Shown piece by piece: positions 13,401-26,677 of a stretch of 64,000 nucleotides of DNA. Position 1 is the stretch's first letter, and each line of letters starts with the position of its first letter. The position numbers were made by a program, and so were the translations under genes. The notes under the pieces were generated by a model. The model was not told where the DNA came from and did no database searches. It saw only the letters and a list, made by a program, of their open reading frames with translations. Origin of the DNA: Macrostomum lignano (taxonomy: Eukaryota); NCBI GenBank assembly GCA_002269645.1, contig NIVC01001262.1, forward strand, positions 62,969 to 126,968, given 5' to 3'.

Positions 13401-16054
13401 CTGTCCCTGTCTGTCCCTGTCTGTCCCTGCCTGTCCCTGTCTGTCCCTGCCTGTCCCTGTCTGTCCCTGTCTGTCCCTGTCTGCCCCTGTCTGTCCCTGT
13501 CTGTCCCTGTCTGTCCCTGTCTGTCCCTGTCTGTCCCTGCCTGTCCCTGTCTGTCCCTGTCCCTGTCTGTCCCTGTCTGTTGCCTGTCCCAGTCTGTCTT
13601 GCCTGTCTCTGCCTGTCTCTGTTTGTCTGTGTCTCTCCCCGTCTGTCTGTGTCTCTTACTGTCTGTCCCTGTCTGTCCCTGTCTGTCCCTGTCTGTCTCT
13701 GTTTGTCCCTATCTGTCCGTGACTCTCCCTGTCTCTCCCTTGTCTCTCCCTGTCTCTCCCTTATCTCTCCCTGTCTTTCCCTGTCTCTTCCTGTCTCTCC
13801 CTGTCAAACACCTGCCTCAGCAGTTCCCACACTGGAGACAATTGCAGCTTTATTTACAATGCAATGAAACCCCGAGTCACCTGCGCTGAGGCTGCTGTGG
13901 CCATTCTGTGGGCTGGCTGCTGATCCAGACATCTGGCCTGGGAATGCATACGGGGCAGTTTAGTTATTTGACAAAGCAAAGAGCCGGCCAACGTGCCGCT
14001 CACAGGCGGTACAGTACAATGGGCTGCAATCAGGTAATTGTTCTCACAGGGTCACAGTCTGGCTGAGTAGCCGGGCGTCATGATTAGCGAGCAATAAAGC
14101 AATTAGCTGATTGTAAATTGCAAATGTAAATTAACATTGATTGGAGGTGACATTGATTGAGGGAGGTAAAATTATTTTATTAGTTGGCGTTGTTACACTT
14201 CTATTAAAACTGTGCGGTAGCAGACAAGAAAGCATTCCAGAGCCTTAAGATTGCATGAAATCTCTGTTGCGTCTCCTTTGGTCCAGCTACTACAGCCCAA
14301 AATTAGCTCAAAATAGCGCTTTTCATTTAGGATTCTCACTTTTTAACTTTTGGCCATAGACTACCTGACTAGCCTCCCGGCCTTAGACTACCTGACTAGC
14401 CTTCCGGCCATAGACTACCTGACTAGCCTCCCGGCCTTAGACTACCCGACTAGCCTCCCGGCCATAGACTACCTGACTAGCCTCCCGGCCTTAGACTACC
14501 TGACTAGCCTTCCGGCCATAGACTACCTGACTAGCCTCCCGGCCTTAGACTACCCGACTAGCCTCCCGGCCATAGACTACCTGACTAGCCTCCCGGCCTT
14601 AGACTACCTGACTAGCCTTCCGGCTATAGACTACCTGACTAGCCTCCCGGCCATAGACTACCTGACTAGCCTCGCGGCCATAGACTACCTGACTAGCCTC
14701 CCGGCCTTAGACTACCTGACTAGCCTCCCGGCCATAGACTACCTGACTAGCCTCCCGGCCTTAGACTACCTGACTAGCCTCCCGGCCTTAGACTACCTGA
14801 CTAGCCTTCCGGCCATAGACTACTTGACTAGCCTCCCGGCCATAGACTACCTGACTAGCCTCCCGGCCATAGACTACCTGACTAGCCTCCCGGCCATAGA
14901 CTACCTGACTAGCCTCCCGGCCATAGACTACCCGACTAGCCTCCCGGCCATAGACTACCCGACTAGCCTCCCGGCCTTAGACTACCCGACTAGCCTCCCG
15001 GCCATAGACTACCCGACTAGCCTCCCGGCCATAGACTACCTGACTAGCCTCCCGGCCTTAGACTACCTCACTAGCCTCCCAGCCATAGACTACCTCACTA
15101 GCCTCCCAGCCATAGACTACCTGACTAGCCTCCCGGCCTTAGACTACCTGACTTGCCTCCCGGCCTTAGACTACCTCACTAGCCTCCCAGCCATAGACTA
15201 CCTGACTAGCCTCCCGGCCATAGTCTACTTGACTAGCTCCCGGCCATAGCTTTCAGCTTAAAACTGTGGGAGCAGAGAGGATCAGAGAGCAGGCAAACAA
15301 CACGGCATAACGATCATTAAGTTGAGCCACATGTACTTTTAAGGGAAAGATCGTGTTCTGACGTTTGTAGATTTTCTGACGACAAGCGTCCGTTTAAATG
15401 TACATAGGAGGCAGAATGCCCACGAGGTTGCCGCGTGATTCTATGGCCAGAAAGTCTGCAGACCTTAGAACAGTCGGCTTTTCTCTGAAAGTACATCCGA
15501 CGTAATTTCTTTCTAGCTTTGCCGTATTGCTTGTCAGCTCGCTTCTCTCTGGATGGAAAGTTCAAGGCGAGGGACTCTGGTAGGACGTCTACCAGGTACT
15601 GAGGTAAGTTCAAGTTCACATGCACCTTTCAATGTCAGTTCTTGTTTTTGTTTTGTGTTATCGAACTAAAAACTCCGCGCCGATTTAAACAAAGAACAAC
15701 CCACCTGACGTAGTCGCCTGCCACCGACTTGAGCGGCAGCGGCTGCAGCGAGTGGTGCGGCTGCTGTCCGGACGTCCCGGACGTGGACGGGCCGCCGCCG
15801 CTGCCGCCACCGCCGCCGCCGCCGGTCGCCGCCTGCAGGCTGGACATCGGGAAGGCGGTCTGTCCGGCCCTCGCCCGCAGCATCAGCACTCGGCTGCCCT
15901 TGTGGACGAGGGTGGCCGGGGTGCCGGCCTCGGCCGGGTGAACCACAACGCCCGGGGTGACGAGTTCAGGCGCTGCCGGCTTGCGCTGCGGCAGCTGCCC
16001 GCCGGCCGAGGATTTCTGAGCCAGCGGGCTGCCCGACCAGCCGGGATTCTCCAT
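1210..16054 (-). CDS. KCNH2: ERG (ether-a-go-go-related, KCNH2/6/7 family) voltage-gated K+ channel; 10-exon model, about 906 aa
   Basis: Exons 15705-16054, 12733-13074, 12136-12277, 11396-11543, 6632-6903, 5843-6217, 4959-5148, 4370-4786, 3870-4089 and 1210-1474 join in frame at GT-AG sites (2721 nt). ERG-diagnostic motifs: [64 protein letters not shown], plus CNBHD and C-terminal coiled coil. Best read as a co-ortholog of KCNH2/6/7. Confidence 0.95.
1621..3263 (+). mobile_element. Defective piggyBac-like DNA transposon (PGBD4/DDE_Tnp_1_7 type) in the last ERG intron
   Basis: Imperfect TIRs CTCCGTTCCAGTCGGATGGTAAGCA (1621-1645) and TGCTTACCATAGCCGACCGGAACGGAG (3237-3263) flank transposase fragments. 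No clean TTAA TSD seen. Confidence 0.8.
2170..3047 (+). pseudogene. piggyBac transposase remnant, frameshifted and C-terminally truncated
   Basis: [20 protein letters not shown], then in another frame DYWS...[15 protein letters not shown]...[32 protein letters not shown]...IFVDK. The third catalytic Asp region and the Cys-rich domain are missing. Confidence 0.9.
3870..4089 (-). CDS. KCNH2: ERG exon 9 (C-terminal linker, start of coiled coil [12 protein letters not shown])
   Basis: 220 nt, phase 1 to 2, matching both neighbouring exons. Confidence 0.75.
4370..4786 (-). CDS. KCNH2: ERG exon 8 (cyclic-nucleotide-binding homology domain)
   Basis: [40 protein letters not shown]...[12 protein letters not shown]...VTFNL; aag acceptor, gtgagt donor. 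Confidence 0.97.
4959..5148 (-). CDS. KCNH2: ERG exon 7 (C-linker)
   Basis: [35 protein letters not shown]...TTHVPPG; gtgagt donor. Confidence 0.97.
5162..5815. repeat. Intronic minisatellite, ~18-nt unit CCGGTGTGCACTCTCTCA
   Basis: Visible tandem array filling the ERG intron 5149-5842. Confidence 0.95.
5843..6217 (-). CDS. KCNH2: ERG exon 6 (turret, pore helix, GFG filter, S6, start of C-linker)
   Basis: [31 protein letters not shown]; 375 nt, phase 0 to 0. Confidence 0.97.
6295..6500. repeat. Intronic minisatellite, 29-nt unit TCGCCTGTCACTTCCCCTGATCCTCTGAC
   Basis: About 7 tandem copies. Confidence 0.95.
6632..6903 (-). CDS. KCNH2: ERG exon 5 (S3-S4-S5)
   Basis: [16 protein letters not shown]...[26 protein letters not shown]...[11 protein letters not shown]; phase 1 to 0. 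Confidence 0.97.
6930..7430. repeat. Intronic minisatellite, 54-nt unit built from 18-nt subunits (CCCCAGCTCCAGCTTCAT-like)
   Basis: Tandem array starting about 25 nt from the acceptor of exon 5. Confidence 0.95.
9208..10190. repeat. Purine-rich minisatellite, ~19-nt unit GATCTGAGGGATGGGGAGG
   Basis: Visible tandem array. Confidence 0.95.
11396..11543 (-). CDS. KCNH2: ERG exon 4 (S2: [21 protein letters not shown])
   Basis: Canonical S2 motif; phase 0 to 1; gtgagc donor. Confidence 0.95.
11592..12085. repeat. Intronic minisatellite, 22-nt unit GATCTATCAGCTGTCTGGGACT
   Basis: Fills most of intron 11544-12135. Confidence 0.95.
12136..12277 (-). CDS. KCNH2: ERG exon 3 (S1: [30 protein letters not shown])
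   Basis: Canonical KCNH S1 motif; cag acceptor and gtgcgg donor. Confidence 0.95.
12362..12706. repeat. Compound microsatellite (ACTC)n-(AGTC)n
   Basis: Fills intron 12278-12732. Confidence 0.97.
12733..13074 (-). CDS. KCNH2: ERG exon 2 (proximal N-terminus ...[10 protein letters not shown])
   Basis: 342 nt, phase 2 to 2, donor gtagga; joins FVILHYSPF in frame. Confidence 0.8.
13075..13805. repeat. 10-nt minisatellite (CTGTCCCTGT)n abutting and supplying the exon 2 acceptor
   Basis: Array begins at the splice junction and decays toward 13800. Confidence 0.95.
14350..15247. repeat. 27-nt minisatellite GGCCATAGACTACCTGACTAGCCTCCC
   Basis: About 33 copies; source of the spurious [12 protein letters not shown]. 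Confidence 0.97.
15705..16054 (-). CDS. KCNH2: ERG exon 1 (putative start MENPGWSG..., low-complexity N-terminus)
   Basis: Open frame from ATG at 16054 to a phase-2 donor (ag|gtgggt) that matches the next exon. The true start could lie in an upstream exon (ctccag acceptor nearby). Confidence 0.65.
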
Positions 16055-16116
16055 GGCAACGAGGGCTCGCGGCCTGGAGTTGCAGGGGTGACTAATTAGC
16101 TCAGAAACCGGACGTA

Positions 16117-16765
16117 AAGGTAGCATCAGGGACATCCGGAGGGTAGCATCAGGGACATCCGGAGGATAGCATCAGGGACATCCGGAGGGTAGCATCAGGG
16201 ACATCCGGAGGGTAGCATCAGGGACATCCGAAGGGTAGCATCAGGGACATCCGGAGCGTAGCATCAGGGAATTCCAGAGGGTAGCATCAGGGACATCCGG
16301 AGGGTAGCATCAGGGACATCCGGAGGGTAGCATCAGGGACATCCGGAGGGTAGCATCAGGGACATCCGGAGGGTAGCATCAGGGACATCCGGAGGGTAGC
16401 ATCAGGGACATCCGGAGGGTAGCATCAGGGACATCCGGAGGGTAGCATCAGGGACATCCAGAGGGTAGCATCAGGGACATCCGGAGCGTAGCATCAGGGA
16501 ATTCCAGAGGGTAGCATCAGGGACATCCGGAGGGTAGCATCAGGGAATTCCAGAGGGTAGCATCAGGGACATCCGGAGGGTAGCATCAGGGACATCCGGA
16601 GGGTAGCATCAGGGACATCCGGAGGGTAGCATCAGGGACATCCGGAGGGTAGCATCAGGGACATCCGGAGGGTAGCATCAGGGAATTCCAGAGGGTAGCA
16701 TCAGGGACATCCGGAGGGTAGCATCAGACACCCGGAGGGTAGCATCAGACACCCGGAGGATAGCA
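16117..16765. repeat. 23-nt minisatellite GGTAGCATCAGGGACATCCGGAG
   Basis: Visible tandem array just upstream of ERG exon 1. Confidence 0.97.
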
Positions 16766-16947
16766 TCAAACGGATCGCTAGCCCAAGAAGGTTATTGAAT
16801 ACACACACAGCCAGCACTACAAGTTGAGCAGAAACGGCTGCGGTTAGTGCACAGCAACTAGACTTGGCAGCAACAGTAAAAGAGTAGAAAAGGAAGCTGA
16901 GCTCCAATTTACCCCGCTGTGATGGGGCAGCAGTCAGTCGGCTGAAC

Positions 16948-17288
16948 CATCTAGCATGAGCAATGAGCATGAGAGAACCATCTAGCATGAGCAATGAGCA
17001 TGAGAGAACCATCTAGCATGAGCAATGAGCATGAGAGAACCTTCTAGCATGAGCAATGAGCATGAGAGAACCTTCTAGCATGAGCAATGAGCATGAGAGA
17101 ACCTTCTAGCATGAGCAATGAGCATGAGAGAACCTTCTAGCATGAGCAATGAGCATGAGAGAACCTTCTAGCATGAGCAATGAGCATGAGAGAACCATCC
17201 AGCATGAGCAATGAGCATGAGAGAACCTTCTAGCATGAGCAATGAGCATGAGAGAACCATCCAGCATGAGCAATGAGCATGAGAGAGC
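16948..17288. repeat. 31-nt minisatellite CTAGCATGAGCAATGAGCATGAGAGAACCTT
   Basis: About 11 copies. Confidence 0.95.
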
Positions 17289-17769
17289 CATTTAGTAGAC
17301 TAACAAAAAAAGCGAAAGCAGGCAAGCCAAAAGCTAGAATGTTTTCTGTTTCGCATCAGTCGGCTTGAAAACCGCAGCTTTCAATGCAGCCTCCCAGTCT
17401 CGCGTGACACAGCAGATCTGACTGATTGACAACTTGCGATTCTGTGTTTCTCGAAGTTTGAAGATGCCTCAGCCTGTCAGCTGGACTGCCCGACCCCGGA
17501 TGCCTGCCTGTCGCTTACACTTTCATGCCGACACACCAAGGCCGTGCGCTCATCTTCCACCTGTCTCCTGCCTGTCGCTCATTCCAATTCTTCTATTACG
17601 AGATTTGATGTCGAGCTAGTGAAGACAGCGCTTCCCCGCGTCTCTCTCCCCGCTGTCCTCCCTCACCTTAAGTTCCCCTCCCTCTCTCCTATCTCCTATC
17701 TTACCCTTCATGTCGCTCTCCTATATCACACCCTCCATCACTCTAATCCCAGCACCTCTTCTATCACTC

Positions 17770-18180
17770 CAATCTCACCCTCTCCTATCTCACCCCTCTC
17801 TTACCTCACCCCTCTCTTACCTCACCCCTCTCCTATCTCACTCCTCTCTTACCTCACCCCTCTCCTATCTCACTCCTCTCTTACCTCACCCCTCTCCTAT
17901 CTCACCCCTCTCTTATCTCACTCCTCTCCTATCTCACTCCTCTCTTACCTCACCCCTCTCCTATCTCACCCATCTCCTATCTCACCCCTCTCCTATCTCA
18001 TCCCTCTCCTATTTCACCCCTCTCCTATCTCACCCCTCTCCTATCTCACCCCTCTCCTATCTCATCCCTCTCCTATTTCACCCCTCTCCTATCTCATCCC
18101 TTTCCTATCTCACCCCTCTCCTATCTCACCCCTCTCTTATCTCACCCCTCTCCTATCTCACCCCTCTCCTATCTCATCCT
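17770..18180. repeat. 16-nt pyrimidine-rich minisatellite CTCCTATCTCACCCCT
   Basis: Visible tandem array. Confidence 0.92.
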
Positions 18181-18871
18181 CTCTCCCTCACTCTGCCCTC
18201 TCTCCCAGCCCGCTGTGTGGCAGCAGTGAGCAGGGACCTCTGCAGAGGCCGCAAGCCGATTAATCACCCGCCATGTTAATCACATTTCTCTGGCGCACAC
18301 TCCGGTTTTCGCCGGAGGACTCTGGGGGGGGGGGGCGGGAAACTCATTCGACCGCCGCCCCAGCTCTGCGCCATGGCGATGTCGGGAAGGCGGAGTCGTG
18401 AATTGCCTCTCCTGCCACAAGCAGACGGCGGGGCGACGCCCTTTTTTAGCACAGACGGCTCCAAGCAAAAGATCTTCTTCTTTCCTTCTTGAAGGAGAGC
18501 CGTCACCTCCGCTTTTAGCTTTCTGCCTCATCTTTTCTCATTGAAGCTTCAATTATGCCACTCAAAGCCCCGCGAGCAGCGGCAAATTTTGCTGATTGAG
18601 GAAATTTTCCCCAGTCAAAGCTGAGCGGCATGATTTAAAAAAGCATTCATTTTTCTTTAACAAAAGTTCAAGCAATTTGAATTTTTTTAGGGGCGGCCTT
18701 GTACGGAGTGGGGGCCTGCGTGGGAGCGGCAACAGGTGATCCCGTGATTCCCCTATAGAAAGGTCTGCAGCAAATTGGTGCCGCGATTTTTAAGAACTCA
18801 ACTGCAATGACGAGAGAACAAGTATTGATTAGTGAATGAGTTGGAGCCTGAATATCACATGGGTTAGTATT

Positions 18872-20574
18872 GGGATCGGGATCGGGATCGGGATTGGGAT
18901 CGGGATCGGGATCGGGATCGGGATCGGGATTGGGATCGAGATCCCGATTGGGATTGGGATCGGGATTGGGATCGGGATCGGGATCGCGATTGAGATCGGG
19001 ATTGGGATCGAGATCGGGATCGGGATTGGGATCGGGATCGGGATCGGGATCGGGATCGGGATCGGGATCGGGATTGAGATCGGGATCGGGATCGGGATTG
19101 GGATTGGGATCGGGATTGGGATTGGGATTGGGATTGGGATCGGGATTGGGATCGGGATTGGGATTGGGATTGGGATCGAGATCGGGATTGGGATTGGGAT
19201 CGGGATTGGGATCGGGATCGGGATTGGGATTGAGATCGGGATTGGGATCGGGATCGAGATCGGGATTGGGATTGGGATCGGGATTGGGATCGGGATCGAG
19301 ATCGGGATCGGGATTGGGATCGCGATTGGGATCGGGATCGGGATCGGGATTGGGATTGGGATCGGGATTGGGATCGGGATCGGGATCGGGATTGGGATTG
19401 GGATCGGGATCGAGATCGGGATTGGGATTGGGATCGGGATTGGGATCGGGATCGAGATCGGGATTGGGATTGGGATCGGGATTGGGATCGGGATCGAGAT
19501 CGGGATTGGGATTGGGATCGGGATTGGGATCGGGATCGGGATCGCGATTGAGATCGGGATTGGGATCGAGATCGGGATCGGGATTGGGATCGGGATCGGG
19601 ATCGGGATCGGGATCGGGATCGGGATCGGGATTGAGATCGGGATCGGGATCGGGATTGGGATTGGGATCGGGATTGGGATTGGGATCGGGATTGGGATCG
19701 GGATCGGGATCGGGATCGGGATTGGGATCGGGATTGGGATCGGGATTGGGATTGGGATTGGGATCGAGATCGGGATTGGGATTGGGATCGGGATTGGGAT
19801 CGGGATCGGGATTGGGATTGAGATCGGGATTGGGATCGGGATCGAGATCGGGATTGGGATTGGGATCGGGATTGGGATCGGGATCGAGATCGGGATTGGG
19901 ATTGGGATCGGGATTGGGATCGGGATCGGGATCGGGATCGCGATTGAGATCGGGATTGGGATCGAGATCGGGATCGGGATTGGGATCGGGATCGGGATCG
20001 GGATCGGGATCGGGATCGGGATCGGGATTGAGATCGGGATCGGGATCGGGATCGGGATTGGGATCGGGATTGGGATCGGGATCGGGATCGGGATCGGGAT
20101 TGGGATCGGGATTGGGATTGGGATCGGGATTGGGATCGAGATCGGGATTGGGATTGGGATCGGGATTGGGATCGAGATCGGGATCGGGATCGGGATTGGG
20201 ATCGGGATCGGGATCGGGATCGGGATTGGGATCGAGATCGGGATCGGGATCGAGATCGGGATCGGGATCGGGATCGGGATTGGGATCGAGATCGGGATCG
20301 GGATTGGGATCGGGATCGGGATCGCGATTGAGATCGGGATTGGGATCGAGATCGGGATCGGGATTGGGATCGGGATCGGGATCGGGATCGGGATCGGGAT
20401 CGGGATCGGGATTGAGATCGGGATTGGGATCGGGATCGGGATCGGGATTGGGATCGGGATTGGGATCAGGATTGGGATCGGGATCGGGATCGGGATCGGG
20501 ATTGAGATCGGGATTAGGATCGGGATCGGGAAAGGGATCAGGATCGGGATTGAGATCGGGATTGGGATCGGGAT
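18872..20574. repeat. Hexamer satellite (GGGATC/GGGATT)n, telomere-like and G-quadruplex-prone
   Basis: About 1.7 kb of GGGATY, with GAGATC/GCGATT variants recurring in larger blocks. Confidence 0.97.
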
Positions 20575-21283
20575 TTGGAAATCAAACCATGCTCACCATG
20601 CCGAGCGTCATGCGGAGATCAGTAGACTATCGAATTGCTTACAGAAGCAGCAGTATGAACAAAGCACAATCTTCTTCACCTTTACGAACCGGAGGAAACC
20701 AACAGAAAGATGTCCAAAGCAGACAGACGGGAGCTGTGAGCAGCAATGATGGAGTCTGGCTGAGTAGGCCAGAGAGTGGGTAAAATACGGCTGGGGCTGT
20801 CAGAGCCCCCTGCTTTCTATTGGCCAGCAGCTGCCCAGATGCTGTTTATTATAAAATCTACTTGGGTTTGCGGGATGCCCGAAAAACTTCTAATTTTATA
20901 CTTTGGAGTTTCCGCCTTCACCAATTTCTTCTGTCACACTGCGGGCCTGCAGCTGCTCGGCCTCCGGCGCGCGCCTCCCCCTCGTTGGGACTCAAAGACA
21001 GACTCCAAGGATCTGGCCCCGAAAATCTTATAATCCAAGCAGCCTTGTGTGCTCTGGCATCACAATGCGCTGTCCAACTAGAGGCTCAGAGGGCTCATTG
21101 TTTGCTGAAATTTCCCAGCAGGAAATGAGAGAGGGGCCCGCTTGACTCTCTTTTTCTTCCTTCCTCACCGCTGGCGTTTCCCAGCCTCCACTCAGTGCAG
21201 CTGGACCGCCATTGTGCCAGCCACCACTCTTCAGTGGTCAGGCGGTGAAATTCACTGAAGATGCACTTGGCCTGCCTGCTTAT

Positions 21284-21912
<629 letters not shown>

Positions 21913-22611
21913 TAAACAACTACAGTACTGAGAGTAGCAACTATCGCAAACATTTAGGCATTTGCAAACAAAATTATCCTCAATCGCATCTACTGATTCA
22001 GGAACCAAGCGGTCAGGAAAAACTTTGAGTCTCACAAATACTCGGCGCAAACAAGACAGCCTCCTCGATTTTCTTCAAGCGGCCCTCCGGCGGCAGCATC
22101 AGCAGCAGCTGCATCATCCCGCGGCGGTTCCGCAACACGGAAAACGCTTTAGGCTTTGTCTCAGCGGCTGCTGAGCCGCCCTCAAATGGGGAGCAAAGAA
22201 GCGCCGGGCCCGGGGAAGCCGCAGCAGTTTTTCGAAGCTCGCTGCAGCCGCTGAGGCGGAGCGGGAGGGTGGCGCCGCCGCACTGCACTGTATTGATTCC
22301 CCAGCTGTAGAATTAAAACAATGCTCGCATGGGCTGCTCCGCCTCCCACGGCTTCCCGTCACCCGTCCAGCATCTGCGCTGCATCTCCGCGTTAGACTAG
22401 CCATACCCATCCTGCGGCTCTGGCTGCCTGCATAGCTGTGCCGCCCTACCCGCCACGCGCAATTCAGGAAATGCCTGCTGAATTCCCAGCAACCGCCCCC
22501 TCCTGAGACGGGCGTCAAGAGCTCAGCCGATCCTGAGTTACTCAGTCACACCTGAATCACGCACTGTAGCTTGCAAGCACAGCTGGCTTTATATGACCGG
22601 AATTCGAGCTC

Positions 22612-23870
<1,259 letters not shown>

Positions 23871-24502
23871 GCTCCTCCCCCACAGCTGCATCCCAAAATG
23901 CCCTTTTAAAGCTGCTGATGCAGGAAGTAATAATTCGGTTGCGAGCCAGCAGAGCACGGCATCCCAGAGGCCATTATGCTAATTATCATAATGGCGCGAG
24001 TCCATGAAAGTTCGCAGCGAAGCAGCGGCCTCTCAGAACTCTTTGAGGGGGGGGGGCGGTTTCAAAAAGAAACAGCCGTCCCATGGGCGCCGACCCCACC
24101 GGACACTCAACATGCAAATGAGCGGCCCAGAGACAGCAAAATCAATCGGGCAGCGGATCAATCAATTTTATTAGGGCCGGGGCGCCTCCAAGGGACAAAT
24201 TCCAGCGCGGGAGACGAACCGGAGCTGGGCAGAAATATGTCCGAATCGGGTCCTCTACCAGATGCGACGGAATTTCAAGTGAGTTAAAAACTGGGGGATT
24301 TCTTCCCGAGCCGTCTCCATCTTCTCAGGGATGCGAGGAGGATCAGTCATAACCAGATCGATAAGTTGCAGGCGTCTCTTGGCCCGGAATGACAAAAGCG
24401 GGTGGATGCTCGGCTGACTGGCTCGGCGCAAATCTGATGAGGATTTCTTCTGGATTAATTCGTGCGCCTACAAGTCTGGGATTCGCTTCCAGAGCCTGTC
24501 TG

Positions 24503-25973
24503 GAGCCTGTGCCTGTTTCAGTGCCTGTCTCAGTGCCTGTGTCAGTGCCTGTCTCAGTGCCTGTCTCAGTGCCTGTCTCAGTGCCTGTCTCAGTGCCTGT
24601 CTCAGTGCCTGTCTCAGTGCCTGTCTCAGTGCCTGTCTCAGTGCCTGTCTCAGTGCCTGTCTCAGTGCCTGTCTCAGTGCCTGTTTCAGTGCCTGTCTCA
24701 GTGCCTGTGTCAGTGCCTGTCTCAGTGCCTGTCTCAGTGCCTGTCTCAGTGCCTGTCTCAGTGCCTGTCTCAGTGCCTGTGTCAGTGCCTGTCTCAGTGC
24801 CTGTCTCAGTGCCTGTCTCAGTGCCTGTCTCAGTGCCTGTCTCAGTGCCTGTCTCAGTGCCTGTGTCAGTGCCTGTCTCAGTGCCTGTCTCAGTGCCTGT
24901 CTCAGTGCCTGTTTCAGTGCCTGTCTCAGTGCCTGTGTCAGTGCCTGTCTCAGTGCCTGTTTCAGTGCCTGTCTCAGTGCCTGTCTCAGTGCCTGTCTCA
25001 GTGCCTGTCTCAGTGCCTGTCTCAGTGCCTGTCTCAGTGCCTGTCTCAGTGCCTGTCTCAGTGCCTGTCTCAGTGCCTGTCTCAGTGCCTGTTTCAGTGC
25101 CTGTCTCAGTACCTGTCTCAGTGCCTGTCTCAGTGCCTGTCTCAGTGCCTGTCTCAGTGCCTGTCTCAGTGCCTGTTTCAGTGCCTGTTTCAGTGCCTGT
25201 GTCAGTGCCTGTCTCAGTGCCTGTCTCAGTGCCTGTCTCAGTGCCTGTCTCAGTGCCTGTCTCAGTGCCTGTCTCAGTGCCTGTGTCAGTGCCTGTGTCA
25301 GTGCCTGTCTCAGTGCCTGTGTCAGTGCCTGTGTCAGTGCCTGTCTCAGTGCCTGTCTCAGTGCCTGTTTCAGTGCCTGTCTCAGTGCCTGTCTCAGTGC
25401 CTGTCTCAGTGCCTGTCTCAGTGCCTGTCTCAGTGCCTGTCTCAGTGCCTGTCTCAGTGCCTGTCTCAGTGCCTGTCTCAGTGCCTGTCTCAGTGCCTGT
25501 CTCAGTGCCTGTGTCAGTGCCTGTCTCAGTGCCTGTGTCAGTGCCTGTCTCAGTGCCTGTGTCAGTGCCTGTCTCAGTGCCTGTCTCAGTGCCTGTCTCA
25601 GTGCCTGTCTCAGTGCCTGTCTCAGTGCCTGTCTGAGTGCCTGTCTCAGTGCCTGTCTCAGTGCCTGTCTCAGTGCCTGTCTCAGTGCCTGTCTCAGTGC
25701 CTGTCTCAGTGCCTGTCTCAGTGCCTGTCTCAGTACCTGTCTCAGTGCCTGTTTCAGTGCCTGTCTCAGTGCCTGTCTCAGTGCCTGTCTCAGTGCCTGT
25801 CTCAGTGCCTGTCTCAGTGCCTGTCTCAGTGCCTGTCTCAGTGCCTGTCTCAGTGCCTGTCTCAGTGCCTGTCTCAGTGCCTGTCTCAGTGCCTGTCTCA
25901 ATGCCTGTCTCAGTGCCTGACTCAGTGCCTGTCTCAGTGCCTGACTCAGTGCCTGTCTCAGTGCCTGCCTCAG

Positions 25974-26043
<70 letters not shown>

Positions 26044-26050
26044 CCTGTCT
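24503..26050. repeat. 12-nt minisatellite (CAGTGCCTGTCT)n grading into (CTGT)n
   Basis: About 120 copies followed by a short CTGT run. Confidence 0.97.
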
Positions 26051-26677
26051 GCTTTAATTTTGTTAACCCTGGGCGTCTTCTGCATTAGTATACTATATAC
26101 TTTTACCTTCTCCATTCGCTCCCCTCTCTGCATCTCCTTCCCGTTCCCCATGGCTGTCTCGCATGGCCCGTTGTCTCTGCATTGTTCCTCTCATCCCAGC
26201 CGTCACACTTACCTGGCCACTCATTTGCAGCCCCCTCTCGCAGCGCTTGCCTGTCAAGCATGAATATTTAAACCTCTGGCTTTCTGGCAGCAATTTTCGT
26301 GTTTCATGAATTCTTGGAAACGGCAGGTGCGGCGCGGAGGAGGCGGCGCAGGCGGCCGGGTGGGCTGAGACTGGCCTCAGACTTTCCCTCTCGTTTTTCT
26401 TGAGCAATTTCAGCGCTCATTTTTTCTTGTTCATTTTTGCTCCTGGACTGTCTGAGATGGGATGGGAAGGGGAGGCGGGGCACGAGGGGCGATGGGGCAG
26501 CCCCGCCTCAAACGTAGTCGATGAAATGTCAGACGGCGGGCCCGCGGATGCAGTCCTATCCATATTAGATTTTGCACGTGCTGTGGCATCATCAAGATGC
26601 GGATTTTGAATTTATGTAGCTTTAAAATACAATTTTAGAAAAGGAAAAAATTGCAACTTCATAATGGAGAATTGCAA

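Noticed and set aside
18861-20574. True interstitial telomere
   Set aside because: The unit is GGGATY rather than GGGTTA, with only one canonical repeat.
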